The notes: generated by a model not told the origin, from the letters alone. Numbered from the stretch's first letter, positions 19,613 to 28,242 are shown. The stretch is DNA of 64,000 nucleotides from an uncultured Chthoniobacterales bacterium (GCA_964247025.1 CAXTSM010000001.1:92050-156049); one strand, 5' to 3'. Numbers and translations are program-made.

Positions 19613-19828
19613 ATGACAACGTCACTTTTATCACCCAAATACCAAGTTGTTATCCCGAAGGAAATTCGGAAGCGGCTCACCCTGAGACCCGGACAACGCC
19701 TGCAAGTCCTGGAAAAAGACGGCTACATTGAAATCCGCCCCATCCTCCGGCCCGACCAACTCATCGGGATCCTTTCCGACTGCAAGCATATCGCATTCGA
19801 GCGGGAACCAGATCGCGAACTCCCATGA
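19613..19828 (+). CDS. vapB: AbrB/MazE/SpoVT-family antitoxin (VapB-like)
   Basis: 'KYQVVIPKEIRKRLTLRPGQRLQV' is a swapped-hairpin DNA-binding motif. 71 aa. ATGA overlap with the downstream PIN gene. Confidence 0.8.
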   Translation: MTTSLLSPKYQVVIPKEIRKRLTLRPGQRLQVLEKDGYIEIRPILRPDQLIGILSDCKHIAFEREPDRELP

Positions 19829-20214
19829 GGAGGCCCCCCTCGCTCGATAGTTCCGCCTGGATCGAGATCTTTCACGGCGGGCCGAACGCCGAACGATTTC
19901 TCGACGCGCTGGGAGATCCCGCTGCCGTCATTGTTTCACCCGTCGCCATCTACGAAGTGTGGAAATACACCATTCTTCACGCCGACGAATCGCGCGCGCA
20001 GGTCATCTTGGCATTCATGCGCCAAGGCACCCTCGTCCCCGTCGATGCCGATATCGCCATCCTCGCAGCCGCTCTAAGCATCAAGAAGAAAACCCCCATG
20101 GCAGACAGCCTCATCTACGCCACCGCCGTCAGCCGGCAGGCCACCCTCTGGACGCAGGACCAGCATTTCGAAGGACTCGACCACGTCCGCTACTTCCCCA
20201 AAATCAACCCCTGA
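19825..20214 (+). CDS. vapC: PIN-domain ribonuclease toxin (VapC-like)
   Basis: 129 aa with the acidic residues of a PIN fold ('LDSSAWIE', 'IYEV', 'MADSLIYATA', 'TQDQHF'). Visibly lower GC than the flanks. Confidence 0.8.
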   Translation: MRRPPSLDSSAWIEIFHGGPNAERFLDALGDPAAVIVSPVAIYEVWKYTILHADESRAQVILAFMRQGTLVPVDADIAILAAALSIKKKTPMADSLIYATAVSRQATLWTQDQHFEGLDHVRYFPKINP

Positions 20215-20276
20215 CCCTCTCTCCATGGCCTACGGCGGTCAAACGCCATGCCTCAGGCGACTTTGCCCGCTTCACC

Positions 20277-20441
20277 GGCCCTGAAATGAAAGTCGGGCGC
20301 GAGTCCGACTGTTTCGCCGCCCGCTGGAGCGACACGGAGGAGGTCTCTAAAATCTACGCCGAAAGCTTCCGGGACGCGGACCACCTGGGCCGCGTCCAGG
20401 CGGAGACCCAGGAAATCCTGGCCCAAGCCTTCGCGTTATAG
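20277..20441 (+). pseudogene. pgm 3'-end fragment (duplicated, no 5' part)
   Basis: '...[36 protein letters not shown]' matches the pgm C-terminus. Upstream similarity decays by about 20277. Confidence 0.75.
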
Positions 20442-20464
20442 CCACCGCGCTCTGGCCGCGCCCT

Positions 20465-20561
20465 CTTTGTAGCCACGGCGCTCCGTCGCCGTGTCCCCGC
20501 GCTCCGCTCGGAAGACGGCCATCATCCCGCGCCCCGCCCCCGCGGAGCGGGGCGGCGACAA
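20465..20561. repeat. REP/MITE-like palindromic element (duplicate of 18830..18926)
   Basis: Identical sequence at offset 1635. Confidence 0.7.
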
Positions 20562-20626
20562 CTTGCGGCCGCGCATCATCCAAGATCGCGCTTGCCTCGC
20601 CGGGAGACTTCCCTATTCCTGCGCGG

Positions 20627-21016
20627 ATGAAATCGATCCTGAGAGTTATACCGGTCGTTCTGGGAATTTCCGCTGGCGTGGCCGTCGCGGCGGACAAGCG
20701 GGACGCGCAGCTGCAGGAAATCTCCGCGATCAAGGAGGAACTGAAACCGCTGCGCGAGCGGGCCTACGTCGAGCCGGAAGTCATTGCCGCGCGCCGGAAA
20801 CTGGACGCCGCCTACCGCGAGTATTGGGAGTCGGTCCGCGGCGCCATGGAGCGGCTCGACCCGGCGAAGAAAAAGCTCATCAAAAAAGAAATCGCCCTGC
20901 GCAAGGAAACCGGCGCCGTCGCCGGCGGCAGCCGCGCCGAGGACTACGAAAAAAAGGCGGCCCAGGCAAAAACGGCCGAGACGCCTTCGTCGCAAGCGAA
21001 AAAACCCGGCGACTAG
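20627..21016 (+). CDS. Hypothetical secreted helical Lys/Glu-rich protein (copy 2)
   Basis: 129 aa, 2 substitutions relative to 18992..19381. Confidence 0.55.
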   Translation: MKSILRVIPVVLGISAGVAVAADKRDAQLQEISAIKEELKPLRERAYVEPEVIAARRKLDAAYREYWESVRGAMERLDPAKKKLIKKEIALRKETGAVAGGSRAEDYEKKAAQAKTAETPSSQAKKPGD

Positions 21017-21056
21017 GACCGCGTTTGTCCCATGCCAGATCATAGACTCGTTTGAA

Positions 21057-23462
21057 ATGAGCCCGGAGTTTTACGCGCACACCGACCCGGAATCATCGGA
21101 CGTGCGCGACTGGGAACCGCTCTTCACGCCGGAGTGTCCCGCGCTTGCCGGAGGCGAGTGCGCCAAATGCGAAAGCCTAGACCGCTTCCACGGCCACCTC
21201 AACAAAGTCGCCTGGTGGACCGCGAAGTTCGCCGCGGAAATGTTCCCGCCCGGCCCCGACCGCGAAGCCGCTCGCGAGTGGGGCCGCCTTGCCGGCCTGT
21301 GGCACGACCTCGGGAAGTTTCATTCCCGCTTTCAGCAAAAGTTGAACGGTGAGCGCCTCCAAATCGAACATGCCGGAGCGGGCGCGGCTTTGGCGCGACG
21401 CTGTCAGATCCCGGGCTGGGAATTAATTGCCTTTGCCATTGCAGGACATCACTGCGGCCTGGCGAACATGTTGAATGCCGAGGCCATTGGTGATCGGCTG
21501 ACACCTCTCGACGAGAGACTGACGAGAGGGGCGGGGACTCTCCGCGAATGTGAGGCGACGGCCGGTTTTCAAATCGGTGAGGTCGCCAATGTTCAGTTTA
21601 CCGCTGAGCGGAATGCCATCTTGGCATCTGTTTTCGCGCATTGCCCGGACCGCGGCCATTTCATCCGCCGGCTCTTCTCGGCGCTGGTCGATGCGGATGG
21701 CCTTGCGACCGAGGCATTCTGTTCGCCGTCAGAACGCAAAACCCGATTTCGCCAGGACTGGATTTACGATTCCGTGGAGGCGCTCCTCGATCGACTTGAC
21801 GGTCATTTGGACAGCTTCTCGCGGTGCGGCGCGCAATCTGCGGTGAATGAGGAGCGGGCTCGCATCCTGCAGTGGAGCCGATTGGCGGCCGCGGAGTCAC
21901 CTGGATTCTTCCAGCTCAATGTTCCAACCGGGGGCGGAAAAACGCTATCCGCGATGGCGTTTGCATTGCGCCACATAAAAACACATGCAGGCAAAGGCCT
22001 TCGTCGTGTCGTGATCGCCGTGCCCTACACGAGTATCATCGAACAGAATGCCGGCATCTATCGGGACATCTTGGGGGCGCACAATGTCATCGAGCACCAC
22101 TCGAACCTTGACGATTTTGCCGAAGGCGAAGAAGGCGGTGACGAGTTGGCGGTGCGTCGCCGTCTCGCGTGCGAAAATTGGGATGCGCCGATCGTCGTGA
22201 CGACGAACGTGCAGTTGTTCGAATCGCTTTTCGCGAACAAGCGACGTCGCGCCCGCAAGTTGCACAACTTGGCGGGCAGCGTGATCATCCTCGACGAGGC
22301 ACAGTGCGTTCCGGCCGAGTATCTGCACCTCATCCTTTCCGCGACGCGAGGTCTTGTTGAGAAACATGGCTGCACCGTCGTCATCTCGACGGCGACCCAA
22401 CCAGCCTGGAAGCACCGAGCCAAGCTCCCGTTCGGTATCCCCGCGGAACAAATCCGGCCAATTGTTCCTCCCGGTGTCGAACTGGCCAAGGTGGACGCCT
22501 TCGACCGCGTAACCGTTGAATGGCCGCGATCTTTGGTGCCGACCACGCATGAGGAACTGGCCTCATTGCTCCTGGATGAAAATTGCGTGATGGCCATCGT
22601 CCATCGGAAAAAGGACGCGCGAAACCTCGCTCGACGCCTTCGGGAGGAGCGACCGGACGAGTCGGTCTTTCACCTTTCGACCAACATGTGTCCGGTCCAT
22701 CGACGGAAGGTGCTCGAGGAAATCCGCTTTGCGCTTTCGGATTTTCGCAAGAGCGGCACGCCGTGCCGCGTGGTCAGCACCCAGCTTGTGGAAGCGGGGG
22801 TCGACCTTGATTTTCCGGTGATTTATCGGGCTCTGGCAGGACTTGACTCCATCGCGCAGGCAGCGGGCCGGTGTAATCGGGAAGGCCGCTTAGTTGGCAA
22901 AAAAGGAAGGGTCGTAGTTTTCATTGCGGAGACCGATCCGCCAGATGGGCATCTCAAGCACTGCGCGGAAATCACGCAAAAGATGCTCGCGGAATACGAG
23001 GGAAAGCTAGACTTGCGGAATCCTTCAATCTTCGAGGGATTTTTTTTCCGGCTTTATCGAGATCGCAACCTCGACGCGAAAAATCTCGTCCGCCACGCAA
23101 TGGATCTGAATTTCGAAACGCTGGGACGCGAGTTCCGACTTATCGAAGAGGGCGATCAGATGCCCGTCGTCATTCTCTTCGATAAGGAAGCTCGAAAGCG
23201 TCTCGCCGATATTGAGCGGATCGTGCAAAACGCGGATGAACCCGTTGCCGCCCGTTTTGCCCTGCGTGCCCTCCAACCCTACACGGTGCTCGTGCGCCCG
23301 GCTGACCAAAGAAAGCTCAGCAACGCATCACGTCCTCTTTCCGCAGGAAATGCCGTCTCCGTTCTAGATCCCGATTTCTACTCCGGCTCCTACGACTCCG
23401 TTTTTGGACTCTCCACCGATGATGAACCACGAATTTATCCTGACCAACTTATTGCAGAGTAA
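21057..23462 (+). CDS. cas3: CRISPR-associated helicase/nuclease Cas3 (HD domain plus DEAD/DEAH helicase)
   Basis: Start at MSPEFYAHTD (internal Met of ORF 20784..23462). HD motifs 'HGHL', 'LWHDLGKF' and 'AGHHCGL'. Helicase motifs 'VPTGGGKT', 'IILDEAQ', 'STATQP' and 'QAAGRCNREG'. 801 aa. Lower GC than the surrounding genome. Confidence 0.9.
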   Translation: MSPEFYAHTDPESSDVRDWEPLFTPECPALAGGECAKCESLDRFHGHLNKVAWWTAKFAAEMFPPGPDREAAREWGRLAGLWHDLGKFHSRFQQKLNGERLQIEHAGAGAALARRCQIPGWELIAFAIAGHHCGLANMLNAEAIGDRLTPLDERLTRGAGTLRECEATAGFQIGEVANVQFTAERNAILASVFAHCPDRGHFIRRLFSALVDADGLATEAFCSPSERKTRFRQDWIYDSVEALLDRLDGHLDSFSRCGAQSAVNEERARILQWSRLAAAESPGFFQLNVPTGGGKTLSAMAFALRHIKTHAGKGLRRVVIAVPYTSIIEQNAGIYRDILGAHNVIEHHSNLDDFAEGEEGGDELAVRRRLACENWDAPIVVTTNVQLFESLFANKRRRARKLHNLAGSVIILDEAQCVPAEYLHLILSATRGLVEKHGCTVVISTATQPAWKHRAKLPFGIPAEQIRPIVPPGVELAKVDAFDRVTVEWPRSLVPTTHEELASLLLDENCVMAIVHRKKDARNLARRLREERPDESVFHLSTNMCPVHRRKVLEEIRFALSDFRKSGTPCRVVSTQLVEAGVDLDFPVIYRALAGLDSIAQAAGRCNREGRLVGKKGRVVVFIAETDPPDGHLKHCAEITQKMLAEYEGKLDLRNPSIFEGFFFRLYRDRNLDAKNLVRHAMDLNFETLGREFRLIEEGDQMPVVILFDKEARKRLADIERIVQNADEPVAARFALRALQPYTVLVRPADQRKLSNASRPLSAGNAVSVLDPDFYSGSYDSVFGLSTDDEPRIYPDQLIAE

Positions 23463-23492
23463 AAACCGCTCCCTCAGATGGGAGCGGTTTCT
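23463..23492 (+). terminator. Stem-loop immediately after the cas3 stop; repeat-core-like hairpin
   Basis: 'AAACCGCTCCC-TCAGAT-GGGAGCGGTTT' is a perfect 11-bp stem followed by 'ctatt'. The stem core CGCTCCCTCA..GGGAGCG mimics the CRISPR repeat stem. Confidence 0.5.
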
Positions 23493-23514
23493 ATTCGATC
23501 CGCCAAACCTACAG

Positions 23515-23547
23515 GTTTCAATCCGCGCTCCCGCGTCGGGAGCGAAC
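23515..23547 (-). repeat. Solitary inverted, degenerate CRISPR repeat copy ('anti-repeat') 14 bp upstream of repeat 1
   Basis: GTTTCAATCCGCGCTCCCG-CGTC-GGGAGCGAAC compared with the reverse complement of the repeat, GTTTCAATCCGCGCTCCCG-TGA-GGGAGCGAC. The first 19 nt are identical and the stem is retained with a different loop. Confidence 0.8.
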
Positions 23548-23561
23548 TTCTACTCATATCG

Positions 23562-24175
23562 GTCGCTCCCTCACGGGAGCGCGGATTGAAACGATTTCCT
23601 CCCACTCGAAAGAGTGGCAACCTACGTCGCTCCCTCACGGGAGCGCGGATTGAAACGTCGCGCTGAGCTTAGCTAATTTCGCCGTTGCGGGTCGCTCCCT
23701 CACGGGAGCGCGGATTGAAACATGAAGCCCGAGGGCATTGTAATCTTTCATGTCGGTCGCTCCCTCACGGGAGCGCGGATTGAAACTGGCGCGGATGGCA
23801 GACAAGGTCTTGGAGCCTGGGTCGCTCCCTCACGGGAGCGCGGATTGAAACGCGACCTGCCGCAGCTCGGTGAACTCATCGGGCGGTCGCTCCCTCACGG
23901 GAGCGCGGATTGAAACCATGAAGCGATCAAAAGATAAGATAGAAGCTTTTGTCGCTCCCTCACGGGAGCGCGGATTGAAACGTGAACGGGAAGGGCTCGT
24001 CCCCTGCCCGGCCGCGTCGCTCCCTCACGGGAGCGCGGATTGAAACACCGATCGGGAAACGGAGCGTGCATCCCGAGAGGTCGCTCCTTCACGGGAGCGC
24101 GGATTGAAATACGGCGCGGCCGATGGGCGTCGCGGCGGGCACTTGTCGCTCCCTCATGGGAGCGCGGATCTCGGG
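23562..24175 (+). CRISPR. CRISPR array with 10 repeats and 9 spacers; type I-C-like repeat
   Basis: 31-bp repeat GTCGCTCCCTCACGGGAGCGCGGATTGAAAC at 23562, 23626, 23691, 23756, 23821, 23886, 23951, 24016, 24080 (2 mismatches) and 24145 (3' end degenerate). Spacers are 33-34 bp and all different. The degenerate repeats sit at the cas3-distal end. Confidence 0.95.
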
Positions 24176-24182
24176 GCGGAGG

Positions 24183-24716
24183 TTACTTGAAGGAATAGGT
24201 GCCGCCGGTGGGCGCGCCGGGGAAGGGGGAGGAGATGGTGAATTTTCCAACGATGCTCAGCTTTGTGCCGGAGTAGCTGGCGGTGCCGTCGACGACGTAA
24301 CTGCCGCCGGAGTCGCGACCCTTCACGTGGTAGGTGAGGATGCGGCCTTTCACGCTCCAGGTGCCTTTACCGCTGGCATCGCTGTAGCCGGGGATGATCG
24401 AGGCGGCGGTGCACTTGCCTTTGTCGCCGAAGGTGAGCGTGGTGGAGTAGGTGATCGCGGGATTCGACTTGTCATGCGCGGAGACGACGAGCGAGCCCTG
24501 GGTGTCTGCCTTCTTCGTGGTGAAGACCGACTTGCCGGGGCCGCTGCCCGCGAAATTTTGGAAGGAACCGCCCGAGGTCATGAAGGTGAAGGTGCCCTTG
24601 CGGTTGCCCTTGAATTTGACGAGCGGTCCGCTCTTGGCGACCGCGGCGCCGGCGACGGCGAGCGTGCAGATAGCGGTAAGGACGAGACGGGTGACGAGGG
24701 AGCGAGGAAATTTCAT
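24183..24716 (-). CDS. Hypothetical secreted beta-rich protein
   Basis: Signal peptide MKFPRSLVTRLVLTAICTLAVAGAAVA followed by Ser/Thr/Gly/Lys-rich sequence with alternating beta-strand character. No family was recognised. Confidence 0.6.
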   Translation of the reverse strand: MKFPRSLVTRLVLTAICTLAVAGAAVAKSGPLVKFKGNRKGTFTFMTSGGSFQNFAGSGPGKSVFTTKKADTQGSLVVSAHDKSNPAITYSTTLTFGDKGKCTAASIIPGYSDASGKGTWSVKGRILTYHVKGRDSGGSYVVDGTASYSGTKLSIVGKFTISSPFPGAPTGGTYSFK

Positions 24717-24888
24717 TTTTGGAGAGAAGATAAAATCATGTCGAAGGCCCGTCGGGCTGTAAATCAGGACAAATCCCTAGATGTCGGTAGGCGGACCTGG
24801 CCCTCGCGCGGGGAGTTGATCTCGAGCCTGCCGACGGGGCTCCTTCCGGGTTCTTGCGGCCGGCAACCGTCGTCGTTACGCTGTCGCC

Positions 24889-25566
24889 ATGAGCAAGCCC
24901 GCGGAATCGGTGGCCTTTTTCTTCGACGTCGATAATACGCTTCTCGACAACGACCGAGTCACCGAGGACATCCGGCACACGCTCGTGTCCCGCTTCGGCC
25001 GGGAGGCGAGCGTGCATTATTGGGATGCGTTCGAGGGGTTGCGCGCCGAGCTCGGCTACGCCGATTACCTCGGCGCGTTGCAGCGCTACCGGTTGCGGGA
25101 AATGCACGACGCCCGCCTGCTGCGCCTGTCATCCTTCCTCGTCGATTACCCGTTCGCGAACCGCCTTTTCCCCGGCTCCCTCGACGCGATCGAGCATTGC
25201 CGCCAATGGGGCACGGTCGCGATTCTTTCCGATGGCGACGCGGTTTTCCAGCCGCGCAAGGTGGAGCGGTCCGGGCTGTTCGAGGCCGTGCGTCGGCACG
25301 TGCTCATCTACATTCACAAGGAGGAGGAGCTCGCGCGCGTCGAGGCCATCCATCCGGCGGCGCATTACGTCATGGTCGACGACAAACTGCGCATCCTCGC
25401 CGCGATGAAAACGATCTGGGGCGACCGCCTCACCACCGTGTTCGTCCGGCAAGGGCACTACGCGCTCGAGCCGGGGATCGAGGAGAAGTATCCGACCGCG
25501 GATCTCGTAATCGACCGCATTGGCGATCTCGTCAGGCATGACTTTTCCCGCCTGGTGAATAAATGA
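24889..25566 (+). CDS. HAD-superfamily hydrolase
   Basis: Motif I 'FFFDVDNTLLDND' and motif 'AILSDGD'. 225 aa. Confidence 0.75.
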   Translation: MSKPAESVAFFFDVDNTLLDNDRVTEDIRHTLVSRFGREASVHYWDAFEGLRAELGYADYLGALQRYRLREMHDARLLRLSSFLVDYPFANRLFPGSLDAIEHCRQWGTVAILSDGDAVFQPRKVERSGLFEAVRRHVLIYIHKEEELARVEAIHPAAHYVMVDDKLRILAAMKTIWGDRLTTVFVRQGHYALEPGIEEKYPTADLVIDRIGDLVRHDFSRLVNK

Positions 25567-25666
25567 AGACGGTCCGCCGATGTCGCCGATCTCCGCCGAT
25601 TCATGCGGAGGCCGGACGCTTCGATCTTCGATCTGCGAAACCGTCGTAATCAAAAAAAACACCAAA

Positions 25667-26533
25667 ATGAACCACGATCAATTTCGAGTCGAACCGGGCA
25701 CGAAAGCCCGGTTGCACAAGCGCGATACGGCCGCCACCGGCGGCTACAAATCGAAGGAGGAGGCCGCGGAAAAACTCGAGCGTGACATCGCGCGGATGCA
25801 GAAGTTGCAGGACGTCTTCTACGCCGCGGACACGCATTCGCTGCTCATCGTTTTTCAGGCCCTCGACGCCGCCGGCAAGGACGGCGCGATCAAGCACGTC
25901 ATGTCGGGCGTGAACCCGCAGGGCTGCCAGGTCGCCGCGTTCAAGACCCCGAGCGCGACCGAGCTGGACCACGATTACCTCTGGCGGTGCAACGTCCACC
26001 TCCCGGAACGCGGGCGCATCGGCATCTTCAACCGCTCCTACTACGAGGAGGTGCTCGTCACGCGCGTGCATCCGGAAATCCTCGCGCACCAGAGGCTGCC
26101 CGCCGAGGCCCGCCGCGGCAACGTCTGGAAGCGCCGCTTCGAGGAGATCAACGCCTACGAAAAATACCTCCACGCGAACGGCACCCACGTCGTGAAGTTT
26201 TTCCTGCACCTCTCGAAGGACGAGCAGAAACGCCGGTTCCTCGCGCGCATCGACCGACCCGAAAAGAACTGGAAACTTTCGCCGGGCGACGTCGTCGAGC
26301 GCGCCCGCTGGGACGATTACCAGCGCGCCTACGAGGATGCCATCACACACACCAGCACGGAGGATTCGCCCTGGTACGTGATCCCCGCGGACCACAAGTG
26401 GTTCGCGCGCGTCGCCATCGCCGACGTCCTCGTCAAGACCCTCAAGGGGTTGAACTTGAAGTATCCCGTCGTCACGGATGCCCAGCGGGCGCAGCTCGCG
26501 GAGACCAAGCGCGCGCTGCTCGCGGAGGGCTGA
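25667..26533 (+). CDS. Polyphosphate kinase 2 (PPK2) family polyphosphate:nucleotide phosphotransferase
   Basis: Start at MNHDQFRV. 'LLIVFQALDAAGKDGAIKHV' (Walker A-like), 'DHDYLWR' and 'IGIFNRSYYE' are typical of PPK2. Confidence 0.88.
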   Translation: MNHDQFRVEPGTKARLHKRDTAATGGYKSKEEAAEKLERDIARMQKLQDVFYAADTHSLLIVFQALDAAGKDGAIKHVMSGVNPQGCQVAAFKTPSATELDHDYLWRCNVHLPERGRIGIFNRSYYEEVLVTRVHPEILAHQRLPAEARRGNVWKRRFEEINAYEKYLHANGTHVVKFFLHLSKDEQKRRFLARIDRPEKNWKLSPGDVVERARWDDYQRAYEDAITHTSTEDSPWYVIPADHKWFARVAIADVLVKTLKGLNLKYPVVTDAQRAQLAETKRALLAEG

Positions 26534-26622
26534 ACACCACCGGGGATGAGCACGGGTGGGACGCGGATGAACAAGGCGGCGGTTTCTTCCGTCCCGGAAA
26601 ACCCGGGTCCATTCGCGGCGGC

Positions 26623-28242
26623 ATGGCGATGCATGGCCTGAACGCGCTCGTCCTCGGGCTCGGGCTGTTTTTTCTCGGCATCCAGCTCGTGGGCGAAAAT
26701 CTCCGCCGGCTTTCCGGCGCCACGTTTCGCCATGCGATTCATCGCGTGAGCGAGCGGCCGCTTCTTGCGGGCCTCGCCGGCGTCGGTTTCGGCGCGTTGA
26801 TGCAGAGCGCGACGGCGGTCACTTTCATCGTGGCCGGAATGGCGCGCAGCGGGCTCGTCACGGCCCGCGGCGCGGCGCCGGTCATCCTCTGGTGCAACGT
26901 GGGGCTTACCGCCCTCGCGTTCATCGTCACGTTCGACATCCATCCCTCCGTGGCCTACCTCGTCGGAGCGGCCGGCATTTTTTCCGGCCTGGTGCGGGAG
27001 CCGAAATGGCGGGCCGCCGCGGGCGTGCTGCTCGGCGTGGGGCTGGTGCTCTTCGGACTGCAGAGCATGGGCGACGGGGCGGCGCCGATGCACGGGCAAC
27101 CTTGGTTCCGGCACATGCTGGCCGCCACCGTGGGCGCGCCCGGCATCGCGTTCGGCATCGGGGTTCTCGCGGCGGCGATCCTGCAATCGAATACCGGCGC
27201 GGCGATGCTCGTGATCACGCTGGCGGGAGTCGGCTCGTTCGCGCTCGAGTCCGCGGCGATGCTGATCTACGGGACGAACCTCGGCGCGATCGTGCTGCGG
27301 ATCTTTCTGGCGCTGAATTTCGACCGTCCGTCGCGCCGCTTGGTGCGGTTCGAGGATATCTTCTGCGTCGCGAGCGGAGCGCTGATGGCGGCGCTGTTCC
27401 TGCTCGAAAAATCCGGGGTGCCGCTCGTGCTCGCGGCGGTGCAGGCGGCCATGCCCGGGAATCTCAAGCTGCAGCTCGCGGCGGTTTTCCTGCTCTCGAA
27501 CCTGCTGCCGGCGGCGGCCTTGAGCTTCGCCATCGGACCCATTCTCCGCCGCCTCGAGGGGTGGTTGCCCGGCGAGTCCTCCGCCGCGCTGGCCCAGCCG
27601 AAATTTTTGTCCGAGTCCGCGATTTCCGATCCGGCGACCGGGGTGGAACTCATGTCGAAGGAGCTCGCGCGCCTGCTGGAGGCCGTGCACGTCGAGGCGC
27701 GGCGGGCGGAGTTCGGCGAGGATGGGGAGCCCGAGGGCGATCCGGCGTTCGGTCAGCTGAGCGCGGAGATCGAGCGCTTCGGGGCGCGGCTTGCGGCGAA
27801 GAACGAGCTGAGCGAGAAGCAGGCGCACCACCTGCACCTGTTGCGCGCGGAGCTCTCGCTCGTGCGGTATTTCGAGGATTCGGTGCGCGAGTTCAACGAC
27901 GCGCTCTTCGAGTTGCGCGCGGATCGGGAAGCGGAGGCGGCGACCTACACGCTCAAGCACGGCCTCCACGAGCTGATCCGATCGGCGCGGCGCGCGACGC
28001 AGGAACGCAACGCCGGCACGGTCGAGCAACTTCGCGCGCAGACGAAGCGACGCGGGGATTTCGTGACGGCGCAGGTGAGCCGGGCGAAGGCGGAATCGGC
28101 CGGCCCGCAGATCGCCGCGCTGGCGGACGCGTTCGAGCTCGGCGCGTGGATGCTGCACCGGCTCTCGAAGGTGCTGGGGCAGTTCGTGGCGGAAGAAGGC
28201 GGGGCGGCGGCGCCCTCAGCCGCCGGCAAGAATCCGGGTTAA
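26623..28242 (+). CDS. Na+/phosphate cotransporter family protein with a PhoU-like C-terminal domain
   Basis: Start at MAMHGLNALVLGLGLFFLGIQLVGENL. It has multi-TM Na/Pi-cotransporter repeats and then a helical cytoplasmic tail. Confidence 0.8.
   Translation: MAMHGLNALVLGLGLFFLGIQLVGENLRRLSGATFRHAIHRVSERPLLAGLAGVGFGALMQSATAVTFIVAGMARSGLVTARGAAPVILWCNVGLTALAFIVTFDIHPSVAYLVGAAGIFSGLVREPKWRAAAGVLLGVGLVLFGLQSMGDGAAPMHGQPWFRHMLAATVGAPGIAFGIGVLAAAILQSNTGAAMLVITLAGVGSFALESAAMLIYGTNLGAIVLRIFLALNFDRPSRRLVRFEDIFCVASGALMAALFLLEKSGVPLVLAAVQAAMPGNLKLQLAAVFLLSNLLPAAALSFAIGPILRRLEGWLPGESSAALAQPKFLSESAISDPATGVELMSKELARLLEAVHVEARRAEFGEDGEPEGDPAFGQLSAEIERFGARLAAKNELSEKQAHHLHLLRAELSLVRYFEDSVREFNDALFELRADREAEAATYTLKHGLHELIRSARRATQERNAGTVEQLRAQTKRRGDFVTAQVSRAKAESAGPQIAALADAFELGAWMLHRLSKVLGQFVAEEGGAAAPSAAGKNPG

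Larger units (their letters stand above)
20277..21166. repeat. Copy 2 of the ~890-bp direct repeat
   Basis: See copy 1. It includes the pgm fragment, the REP element (20465..20561), the second copy of the small secreted gene, and the first ~110 nt of intact cas3. Confidence 0.9.

Noticed and set aside
19149-19616. 155-aa ORF covering the tail of the small secreted gene and the region before vapB.
   Set aside because: It is an off-frame read of orf129 plus the decayed cas3 5' remnant. Its counterpart in copy 2 is simply the N-terminal junk extension of the cas3 ORF (20784..).
23515-23547. Interpreting the inverted repeat as a tracrRNA anti-repeat of a type II system.
   Set aside because: There is no cas9 or other class 2 effector in the window, and the repeat has the type I-C form with cas3 adjacent. 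The element is kept only as a structural or regulatory curiosity or a rearrangement scar.
23404-24092. Small ORFs 23404..23589, 23478..23666, 23722..23913 and 23895..24092.
   Set aside because: They are translations of the CRISPR repeats ('SLTGARIET', 'APSRERGLKR' recurring), not genes.
23593-24144. Possibility that some spacers (for example the very GC-rich spacers 7 and 9) are self-targeting.
   Set aside because: I could not find a match by eye within the window and cannot search the genome. The point is not reported as a finding and needs blastn.
24123-24935. 270-aa plus-strand ORF starting in the last CRISPR repeat.
   Set aside because: It is antisense to the signal-peptide-bearing 24183..24716 gene and Gly/Ala/Arg-rich, with no motifs.
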